NCBI RefSeq assembly: GCF_001194135.2
Contig: NC_068984.1
Coordinates: 140,480,915 to 140,544,914 of the forward strand
Length of the DNA stretch: 64,000 nucleotides
Reading direction: 5' to 3'
Source of the DNA: Octopus bimaculoides
Taxonomy: Eukaryota
In this document: one piece after another, positions 14,387-25,248 of the stretch
Position numbering within the stretch: the first letter of the stretch is position 1
Layout of the letters: the number at the start of each line of letters is the position of its first letter
Program-made: the position numbers and the translations under genes
Notes under the pieces: generated by a model
What the model was told of the DNA's origin: nothing
What the model saw: only the letters and a program-made list of their open reading frames with translations
Database searches by the model: none

Positions 14387-14558
14387 AGTGCTCTGCAACA
14401 GGTATGCTGTGGCACACTGGTGTGTCACAAGATGATGCTATGTGTGCCACAGTATGAACTGAAGAAAATTTTTCTCCCTATACTTTTAGTTTATATTGTT
14501 AGTTCAAGTGTGCCACCAAATTTTAAAAAGAATGTAAGTATAAAAGTTGCAGAGGGCT
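14387..14558. mobile_element. hAT-like MITE
   Basis: Ends agtgctctgcaac and gttgcagagggctg. Confidence 0.5.
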
Positions 14559-17092
14559 GGCAAACCAGGAGGATGCATCAAGCTCCAATCCAATCTGGAA
14601 ATGTTTCTACAGCTGGATGCCCCTCCTAACGTCAACCACTCCGAGAGTGTAGTGGTTGCTTTTTATGTGGTACTGGCATCAGCCACGCTTGAAGGTTGCA
14701 TTTCATGTGCCACCGGCATGGGAGCCAGTCAGGCGGCACTGGCAACGACCACATTTGAATGGTACTTTTTACGTGCCCTGGCTTTACTTGGAACTGCACA
14801 CATACTGCATAAAGTGTTGTCTGTCTGAGGCCTTTGTGACTTGACAGCCAGCACAAACCCCTACCACACACACACACACAGTATCTTCAATCTACAACAC
14901 CACAATATTGTATACTATGTAACATCATCAATAATAATAATCCTTTCTACTATATAAGCACAAGGCCTGAAATTTTGGGGGAGGGACTACTTAATTACAT
15001 TGACCCCAGTGCTCAACTGGTACTCATTTTATCAACCCCAAAAGAATGAAAAGCCAAGTCAACCTTGTTGGAATTTGAACTCAAAACATTGATGGATGAA
15101 ATGCTGCTAAGCATTTTGCCAGGTGTACTAAGTATTTTACCAGCTTGCTACTTTTATAGAAAATATAGACACAAGGTTTGAAATTTTGGGTGGATGGGAC
15201 TAGATGATGACACTGACCCCAGTGCTCAGCTGGTACATACTGACCCAGAAAGGATGAAAGTAAAGTCAACCTCAGCAGGATTTGAACTCGGAACATAAAA
15301 AGCCACAAGAAATGCCTGTATACATAGATACATGTCCTCTAATAATATCCTCTATGCAGTACCCAGTTTTAGCTATCTTTATTCAGTTTCTTAAAGAATA
15401 TGCCCAGTTTGCTTTTGCTCATGTTGTACAACCAGACATGAACCCAAATATATAAAGAAATATTATGGTAAACAAATCTAATTCTATTAGGTCAAGCTAC
15501 TATGCAGAGGCCTCCCTTGTTGGATCACACACACACACACACATATACATACAACATATATCCTTAAATAAAGCAAGACACATAGGTGCATTATGAAAAG
15601 CCTTTGGCTGGTGATTTTAGAGGGTATAGCCATCATGCCTTTTTCTTTGGCCCAGAGTGTTTGTGTATATACACACACATAATAGGGTATGATTTGAGTG
15701 GTATTTGGCTACTATTACAGTATGTTGCAGGAGCAAACACAAACCAAACTTTTAAGTCATTGCTACTGTCATGTGTGTTGCAAATATTAAGAAGGGATTC
15801 GATTGGTTAAACAATTTCAGTACATAGTCCATTTAATGAGCAGTGTAAATTTAACAAAGTCCAATTAAATTTTTCCTTTCGTAAATTCTTTTTCTCTTCT
15901 TCAATTATGTTACCTTGTTGAATCCATTTCAGCTTTTGTGTATTCACATTTCTCTATTCCAATGAAGGTAACCATCTGTCTCCCCTGCAGTAAAACAATA
16001 GTTCCTATCCCTCTATCATACTTTAACCACACATCACCTTTCATAAAGCCATCACCCTTAGTTGAGGGGGTTTTGTATCACGAGTTACTTGGCAATCTCA
16101 ATGGTACAGTGAAATGGTTGGCATTAGGAAGGCCATCCAGTTGTAGAAACCATGCCAAAGCAGACATCAGAATTTGCTGTAATCATGCCAACATGCAATC
16201 ATATAAAAAGTGAGCATTAAAACAACGATGTGAGTGTATGTATATATAATCATTATATATATGTATATATACCATACATATGCATTATGTGTATATATAA
16301 TCGGGTAGCAAAAGTCAACCCTGCAATATTAAGAGAGAACATGTGCGTGATTAGTAACATGTGATTAACGTGAGGTGAAAAATAGCCTTCGTAAATACAT
16401 GGATTTCTATAATTCAGCTGTGGACATGTCTGTGTGAATATATTTCCTTTTGTTGTAGCATTTGACGACGAATTTAACTTCCCTATATGGTTTTTGGGGA
16501 GGAACTTACGTTTTTTTAAAAATTTTTATACGTGTGGGTTAAGTCGATTTTATTAATTCGATATCTTTATTATTATAATTAATATTGCTAACTGGCATTT
16601 TCGAGGACCATTTCTTCTAGTGTTGCTTTTGTTGTTGACATCGACACATGCTTTCAATGGCAAAAAGGAAAGGATGGGTTTTTTTTCCAGTTTTATTTAT
16701 TTAGTACACCTACTTTCATACAAACGGATATTACAATACTGAAAAACAAATTTTCCAATATATATATATATTTTCAAGTGTTTACTCCCGCCTCTCATTT
16801 GCGTACCGTTTCCTTTTCCCTATGAGGTACAGGAGACTTCTAAGAAACAGCTATTCCAAAAATCCGCCTACACACACACAAAGATCATGTATCGGTATGT
16901 TTTCCTGGAAATTTATATACCTAAACATACACACACAAACGCAATGCATTCTGTAAAAATAGACAACTAAATTTATACACAGATAGCGAACAGGTCAACA
17001 CAAACGTCTGAATTGTTGTTTCGGTAAATACCAATGCATGTAGACATAGCAGATCAGATCGAGAAGTTAAAATGCTTTTTTCAAGATACTTT

Positions 17093-17633
17093 GGTGGACA
17101 TTGGAATTAGACACTGAGGGAAAATGGCTGTAACTTTTTTATTTTTTAATTTTGGCGATTTTCGTTTTCGATAATGTGTTCTATGTCACGGTCATGCGAT
17201 TCCTCCCCAAAAAAAAATTTGGACCCCCTCTCCCCCTAACCCTAACCCTTGGACCCCCTCTCTCCCTAACCCTAACCAGATTTGGCTGTTATTTCTAGCA
17301 TGTAAATAGCCTGCTTGGTGGGGGCGGGGAATTGAAATTTTTCAAACAATTTTTTTTCAGAATCAGAATTGCTTTCGAATTTTGTTACAGGCTTTCTATT
17401 TTTTTTTTATTTTGTATTGTTCGTTTTCGAATATATGTTCTCTGGTAAAAAGCGTGACATGTAGAATACAATGTCAAAAATGAAAATCGCCNNNNNNNNN
17501 NCCAAAAATTTTTTATAGGGGGAATCGCATGACCGTGACATATAGAACACATTATCGAAAACGAAAATCGCCAAAATTAAAAAATAAAAAAGTTACACCC
17601 ATTTTCCCTCAGTGTCTAATTCCAATGTCCACC
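17093..17633. mobile_element. Fold-back element with ~125-bp TIRs, (CCCTAA)n, and an internal module shared with 4590-4962
   Basis: ggtggacattggaattagacactgagggaaaatgg pairs with ccattttccctcagtgtctaattccaatgtccacc. Confidence 0.8.
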
Positions 17634-17833
17634 CAGTTGTTTATCTTTGTTGATTACCTATACACGAGTGATATCTCCCATAAATTGGTTAATTTATCAT
17701 ATATAACACTGCTAGAGTAGATGATCGAATGCTGTTTATAAGTACCTGGGTTTCGAGCGAGATAGAAAATCAAAACATTGATGGGAAGGTTTTGTTTTGA
17801 TTTATCTTTCTGAAATAGATACGTACAAATTAT

Positions 17834-18016
17834 GGTAATTTTTCAGATTAACACCCGCAGGATTTTCACTAGGGTGTTAGGGTGTTAGGTTAGGGTTTAG
17901 GGTTACGGTTACGGTGTCATGGTTTAGGGTTTGGGTTAGGGAATTCCGTTCCTAACCATAACCGTAACCCTAACACCCTAGTGAAGATCGTGCGAGTGTT
18001 AATCTGAAAACTTACC
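17834..18016. mobile_element. MITE with ~50-bp TIRs starting GGTAA, 8-bp TSD and a degenerate (TTAGGG)n core; Merlin-like
   Basis: CAAATTAT is duplicated at 17826-17833 and 18017-18024. Confidence 0.75.
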
Positions 18017-18251
18017 CAAATTATGAGCTGCCTGAACATGGTGACAGCTCCGAAGTTTGAGAACATAAAACAGAGGGTGTAGGAAAACGAAGTGGAAGTA
18101 GCAATATATATATGTATGGCATAGCCCAGCATGGTCACAGCTCGAAGGTGGAAAACATGAAAGAATAGAGAGGTGGTAGGAAGAGGAAGTAGGTTGTGGG
18201 TATATATATATAAATAAGAATGTGTTGAGCATGTATATATAAAATGCTTAC

Positions 18252-18272
18252 CTGATCTACACTGGCAGACAT
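18252..18272 (-). CDS. Putative alternative first coding exon segment MSASVDQ, probably of the same minus-strand gene
   Basis: On the minus strand, gtgATG TCT GCC AGT GTA GAT CAG is followed by a consensus donor gtaagc (phase 0). Upstream is (CAA)n/(CAC)n-rich leader-like sequence in a CpG-retaining region. Confidence 0.45.
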
Positions 18273-20902
18273 CACAGATGAGTTTTGGCCTGAAAGACTT
18301 CAATGATGATTGTAGTGGTGGTGGTCGTGCGGGATGTTGTTGTTGTTGTTAGTAGGAGTAGTTGTAAGAGTAGAGTTTTGTAGAGTGGTGGTCGGTTGGT
18401 TGGTTAGCGACAAGTTTGGCAAGTGTCCGTCCGTTTAAGAGTGAAGGTCTTGCTGTACGATAAGTAAAGTGGTGTTGGTCACAGAAAGGTAGGGGGAGAC
18501 GACGACGTTTAAATTACAGTGCTAGAAAAGGGGGGAAAATGCTATGTCCCTCTTCTGATGAGTCTTTTTTTTTCTTATTCTCCCTCATTCGAGGGGTTTT
18601 TCGAGATGGGAGTGGGGAAAACAAATGTTAAAAAACTCCAGAAGTAGAATGCATGTATAAGAAAGACACTTATTAACGATTCTGCCTTTGGAATTTTTTA
18701 AGGGATAATTTCTTTCCCTGTTTGTTTCCTTGTGTAGAAGTTTTGAGGGGTAAAAAGGGGGAAAAAAGGGCTTTGAAGATAATATAGAATGAAGGGAGGG
18801 GACGGCTTGCGGGTGAGAGGGGCCCAACAAACCCCTTGAGGTCCGTTAAAAAAATATATATATATGTATATAGTTATACATACATATATATATATTTATG
18901 CATGTAGGAGGCTCCAGTAGAGGCGGTTTGCCAGTGAATGTAGCTTGTAAAGTGACGGAGCAAGAAAGTGAGGAGGAGTAGTATTAGTTGGGGTGATAGT
19001 TGTGGTGGCGGTCATTCAGGGATCGCAGTTAATAATAATGCTAAGAACGTTGGTAAATATTCTGGTCCTTGATCGTGAACTCTGAAGAAAAAGACACAAG
19101 AAAAAAAATAATAGAAGTCAACAAATAATTAACAATTTTAATTAAAATCTTGCTTATATCTATTAGCAACACTTTTTCTTTGTTCTCCTATTTTTTAATA
19201 TATATTGTTTCTTCTATGCTCACAGGTCATATGTATGTATGTATATACATATACACACAGATGTGTATGAGTATGTGTATGGATGTATGCGCGTTTTCCC
19301 CCAATTTCTTATTAATTCCGCTACAATTAAATTAGTTCTTTTTTGTCGATTTGTAGATATATGGAAATCTTGTTTCCATATATGCATACATACAAAAATA
19401 CTTTAACGCAAGACAAATTTTTAAAATTTAATAAGCACCCAAGAAATCGCATTACAGCTTTTAATTTAATTTCTCGTGGTCCTGAGCAAAAATTCCGCCA
19501 GAGTTGATAATAATTAGCGCAATTCTGTGGTTAATTGTCCTGATTATGTACATATTCTTCTCCTACAGAAGAAATATCAAAGCTTTTCTTTTTTTTTAGG
19601 TTTATTTAGATTGCTTTTTATCTTTTTTTCAACAATTGTTAATTTAGTTACGAAACATTTTATAATAAATTTGTCTGTTTTAATAATAAATCTTTAAGAG
19701 CAAGAATCTTGTTTGTTTTAGGCTTTGTAGATAAAACTTAAAGGTTACCTTTTTGTATATGTAAATACAAATTACCAATAGAAAACCATTTAACGATGAC
19801 CAAACTTCGGTTCCCGGTACATTTTTAGTCACAATTGAAGAATAATAAAACTGAGATGAAAGGTAGTGAGAGGGGGGAGTTAGACAAGTTCTCGCACTGA
19901 TTAGAAGCAACCGTAAAAAGGAACGAAATTTTAGCGTAATAATATGATTATAAATTCTATTTGAAAAAAAGAAAAAAGTGTTATGCTGTCTTCTTTATTG
20001 TGTCACGTTTAAAAAATGATATATTTAAATAAAGGAGAGGAAAACGCGCGGTAAAATATACAAATAACATAATTTCATGAGATAGACCGGCGGAAAAAGA
20101 ACCGCAGCGAATACAGCTCGGGGCTTCCTAAGAAGGACGAAGGGGTTAGGAGATTCATTGTTTGTGTTATCGTGTTTGTAAGGGGTAGTTTGATTGTTTG
20201 TGAGGTTATTTTCCATTGTTATATATATATTGACAAAAGAAAACCGTACATATTTCCTGACAAGTTATCAGGACACAAAGAATTCATCGTGGTACATTGA
20301 AAGTCTCCCCCACCACCACCACGATCTGTTGATCTGGTTCCGAGAAAACAAACTCATACCCTATATATATATATTATATATAATGCATCTTGTGACTACG
20401 CAGAAGGTCTCTAAATTATACGAGATAGCAACTATGTAGTTCGGTTCACTTTTTTTTATTTAACATATAAAATAAATTGAGACGGTTTTGGTATGGTGTC
20501 GAAGCAAACTCAATCTTGGCGGAAGTTAACCTCTTTATTCACTCATCTTTCTTCCTCCTCGCGCATATATATATATATTTCGGATGATATATATATGTAT
20601 ATATATATACACACGCGCGCACTTCACGCACATAAATGTCTATACACACTCTGGCTATTTGCAAAATAAAAGTGCGCCTACAACATTCACGATAGCACTG
20701 GTATTTGGGATTTCGTTGTCATTAACTTATGAGCGTGCAAAAAGTAAAAAGAGGTGATAGGGGGGATGATATATGGTTCGAGTTTCTATACAGCAACACT
20801 GACACCAACCGCACACATCATCCACCTCTATATAACATAAAAGATTAATTAAAACTTAAACGTTTAATATTACTATTTTTTTTAACAGTTAAGCTTTTAA
20901 AA

Positions 20903-20922
20903 CACGTGATAAACTGACGTCA
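20903..20922. promoter_or_regulatory. E-box CACGTG (20903-20908) next to a palindromic CRE TGACGTCA (20915-20922)
   Basis: Exact motif matches 6 bp apart, in CpG-retaining non-repeat DNA about 2.6 kb upstream of the 18.3-kb minus-strand exon. Confidence 0.4.
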
Positions 20923-21749
20923 CTCGTCTTACATTCATTTTCGCCAAATTTTATGGACGTCGAGTCTTATTTTCGTAGTCAGGTACTCGTTCTATCGCCA
21001 ATGGTTATATATTTCCTCATAGATATTCCTTTGCTTGAGAACATGAATTTTAGTTAGAAAAAAATTATTCAACACACACCTAGATATATTTAGATATAAT
21101 ACTATATGTGTATTTGTGTGCGCGTGTGTGTATATATCAGCAACATCATTTAACGTATGTTTTCCATACTAGCATGGGTTAGACTTTCAGAGGATTTGAC
21201 AAGCTAGGCGACTGCGCCGGGTTCTCGTATCTGCTTTGACAGGGTTTCTACAGCTGGATGCCTTTCCTAATATCAACCGTTTACAGAGTGTACTAGGTGC
21301 TTTCTTCCATGTGTCCTAGTGGTTAGTGTGTTGCATTCACGATTACAGCACTTTGCTATCGATTCCCCCGCCGTGAGATGCTTTGTGTTTTTTTTTAACA
21401 AAACACTTCATTTCACATTGCTCCAGTTCACTGAGTTTTGACTGAGTAACTCTGCGATGGACTGGCATTCTATTCTGGGGTAATGTTGTGATCTCAATCA
21501 CTTATGTGCCATGGAAACTAGGTAAAACACCCTAAGACTTGGAACAGTAATCTCCAGGGATTGTTTGTTGTTGATGATAATGCTCTAGTGAGTTTATCTA
21601 GTAACTTGCAAAATGCGAAGAAAAGTCTTCCCAACTGAGCGAGGATGTAGTAGAGAGGGCGGTGGCTTTATGCCAGGTGGGGAGAGGCTAAAGTATGATA
21701 AAGGGACAGAAACATACCTTGCCATGGAGGAGACATGGCTACTCTACAT

Positions 21750-21884
21750 TATACAGGGTATCCACAAAGTCTGGGTACATGGGGATTAACACATACTTTA
21801 AGAAATTATTATTTCTTACATTTAATTGTTTATGCTATGATTGTATTTACTCCGTGTACCCAAACTTTGTGGACACCCTCTATA
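21750..21884. mobile_element. Tc1/mariner-type MITE
   Basis: ta-cagggtatccacaaagtctgggtaca pairs with tgtacccaaactttgtggacaccctc-ta. Confidence 0.75.
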
Positions 21885-23549
21885 AGGGTGGATAGGATAT
21901 AGCTGGAAAGAGAGATAAAGATGGTGGTGAGTAGAGGCTCAAGGTATAAGAAGGTGAGTATAATAAAAAATGGAACAGCCTGCTTGTGAAATTAATGTGC
22001 ATGCGGCTCAGCACTCCACTGACATGTGCAATCTTAATGTAGTTCTGAGGGAGATTCAGTGTGACACACAATGTGACAAGGCTCATCCTTTGAAAAACAG
22101 TTGCAACTAGGTTTTGACAGCTGAGTGGACGGAGGCGATGTGAAATAAAGTGACTTGCTCAAGGACATAATGTGCCACTGAGTATCAAACTCAAGGCGTT
22201 ATGACTGTGAGCCAAATAACCCTAACCAGTAAGCCACGTAGCTTCACAGGTGAGTATAAGAGAGAATAAGAACAGAGGATGGAGAAGGGTTTGTGGGTAG
22301 GTTCACAAGAGTGTGAGAGGAGAATGACATGGTTTGAAACGGATGAAGAGGTGAATGGAGAAGAAGGGTGGAAGGGTGGTGGTCAATGGCAAATATTAGA
22401 AATGGGAGGGATTCAAGACAGAGAAGTTGGTAGCTGTACAGGAAGGATGGCTAGATGTGAATTGGAGCAGAAGGTTGGATACAGTGAGTAGTATGTAAAG
22501 AGGGTGCTCAGAATGATAGATAGGAGAAGCTGTCATAAGATGTTGCTCAGGGGAAAGGGGGAGATACCTAGTAGAACAGAAAGGGGTGATTGGTAGAAAA
22601 CGAAGTGGAAGAGAGAGAGAGAGTGATATAGAAAATGAGGGATGGATGTCAGAAAAAAAACATGGTTCCAAGGAGAGGGACAACTGGTGGCACAAAAGGG
22701 AATGAAATATAATGTGCACTTCTGCTCTCATATAGTTACAGCAGCTGAACAGTGCTATTATTAGAAGAGGGATGGGTGATTGGAAGATGAGAAGCAGGGT
22801 TGGCTTCAGATGGACAAATTGGATGGAGTGGGGTGTATAGATGTGAATATAATGCTTTTAGGACTTCTCTTGGGGACTTTAACTATGATGAGTAGGACTT
22901 CTTGAGCATGGCAAGTTGCCATTAACTTCAGCCCTATAAGATCCAGTCATAGAAACCAAGCCACAACAGACTGTGGAACCTGATGTGGGACCCCTGGTCT
23001 TGCTAGTCCCTGTCAAGCCATTCAGTCGATGCCAGCATGGAAAACGAATGTTCAATGTTGATTATGATGATGACGACCATGCTGATGTGTAGGTGTGTGT
23101 GGGTGGGGGTGGGGGTAATTGTCTGACAATGTGTTTGCTCACCATGTTGGCCCTATTGAGTGCATCTACTGGTTGCATTTACCGTGTGATGTGTTTCTGA
23201 ATACTGAAATACTCTCCCATCAAAAATGACATCTGAGTGTTCAGCTTTTGCCGAATGACCTGCACACAAATGATTTGTTTATAGTGGTCAAATGTATGAG
23301 CTGTACATTAGCTCACTCCTTCCATCATATCAATATTACCTGAACAGGTGCACAGTGTACCATGTGTCAGGTATCAAAGTGATCACAGAACAACATGAGA
23401 TGAAGTACTTTGCTCAAGAACACAATGCACCACCCGATCTAGGAATTGAAACCACAATCTTGTGATTGTGTGTGCAACACCCTAACCACTAGACGATGTG
23501 TCCTCACAATATAATCAGTTTGGCTGCTTGTTTCTCTGGAGACTGTCAG

Positions 23550-23615
23550 AATGATGTGGATACCTCTGATGAGAACCCAATAAAGTTGGAAAATCGATTA
23601 AGGCTGTTCATCATT
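23550..23615 (+). ncRNA. Type I hammerhead-ribozyme-like motif, copy 1
   Basis: aatgatg...cct CTGATGA gaacc-caataa-agttg GAAA atcgat TA agg...catcatt. Confidence 0.55.
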
Positions 23616-23894
23616 TTTTCCAGTCTGCAGAGGAATGGCTAAAATTTACCGGGTTTATAATTATACCATATGTTATATATATATCATATCATACCTTGAT
23701 ACTGTGTGGACTAAGATCCCTGTTGACAGGCCACTGGTATTTATAGAGTGTTAAACACTTTTGGTATGCAAATTAAGAACTCCTTCATAGNNNNNNNNNN
23801 TTGGTATGCAAATTAAGAACTCCTTCATAGAGTAACTGCTGCATTTGTTGAGTATATAAACTGTTTGGCTGCTTGTTTCTCTGGAGACTGTCAG

Positions 23895-23960
23895 AATGAT
23901 GTGGTCACCTCTGATGAGAACTCAGTAAAGTTAGAAAATCGATTAAAGCTGTTCATCATT
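23895..23960 (+). ncRNA. Type I hammerhead-ribozyme-like motif, copy 2
   Basis: aatgatg...cct CTGATGA gaact-cagtaa-agtta GAAA atcgat TA aag...catcatt. Confidence 0.55.
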
Positions 23961-24858
23961 TTTTTTCAGTCTGTGGAGAAACAGTTAAACTTTACCCTGT
24001 TTATGATTATAGCATATGTTACATATAATATAAAATACATTTTTTTAAGGCAGTGATCTGGAATCCAGCTTTACATTCTGAGTTCAAATTCCACTGAGGT
24101 TGACTTTGCCTTTTTATCTTTTCAGTGTTGATGAAATAAATACCAGCTGAGTACTGCACTCAATGTAATCAACTTATCTCTTCTCTTGAAATTTCTGGTC
24201 TTGTGCCAAAGTTTGAAATCAATAGACACACACACACACACACACACATATCCTCTGTGTTGGCCCCTTTTGGGCAATAAAAAAAATCACACACATATAT
24301 ATATGGATAGATAGATAGATAGATCATATTCAGCATCATTGTTGTATCACCTGCATTTTTGTGCTTGTGAGTGTCAGACAGAATTTGTAAAGAGATGTTT
24401 TTCTACCAATGGCTGCTCTTCCAGGCCCCAATCTGCACCAGTTTCCAAGCAAGGGGATACTTTCCCCTAGTCCAAACATTTTTTTTTTCTTTGAAGATTG
24501 CAAACAAGTACCAGTTGAGCACTGGGGGTTAATCTGATTGACTTAACCCCTTCTAGAGCTTGCTGGCCTTGTGCCAAAATTTGAAACCAATATTAAGTGT
24601 TGCCCGGACAGTGAGCTGACAGAATTGTTAGCATGCTAGACAAAGCGCTTAGTGAGATCTCTTCCAACTCAATTGTTAGCATGCTAGACTTATCACTAAG
24701 CGCTTAGTGATATCTCTTCCAATTCAATATATTCTGAACTCAAATGCTGCCAAGATCAATTTTGCCTTTTGTGGTTGATAAAATAAGTGTCGGTTGAGCA
24801 TTGCGCTTGATGTAATTAACTTTCTCCTTCTCTCAAAATTGCTAGCCTTGTGTCAAAT

Positions 24859-25248
24859 GTTGTTGTTGTTGGCACTCCATTGCTTACGACGACGAGGGTT
24901 CCAGTTGATCCGATCAACGGAACAGCCTGCTCGTGAAATTAACGTGCAATTGGCTGAGCACTCCACAGACACGTGCACCCTTAACGTAGTTCTCGGGGAT
25001 ATTCAGCGTGACACAGTGTGACAAGGCTGACCCTTTGAATTACAGGCACAACAGAAACAGGAAGAAAGAGTGAGAGAAAGTTGTGGTGAAAGAGTACAGC
25101 AGGGTTCGCCACCATACCCTGCCGGAGCCTCGTGGGGCTTTAGGTGTTTTTCGCTCAATAAACACTCACAACGCCCAGTCTGGGAATCGAAACCGCGATC
25201 CTATGACTGCGAGTCCGCTGCCCTTACCACTGGGCCATTACACCTCCA
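24859..25248 (-). mobile_element. Full-length SINE family C copy
   Basis: Highly similar to 37997-38387; TSD ccttgtgtcaaat / ccttgtgccaaat. Confidence 0.9.

Noticed and set aside
23761-23830. Exact 30-bp direct repeat either side of a 10-N gap
   Set aside because: Typical uncollapsed contig overlap, not a biological repeat.
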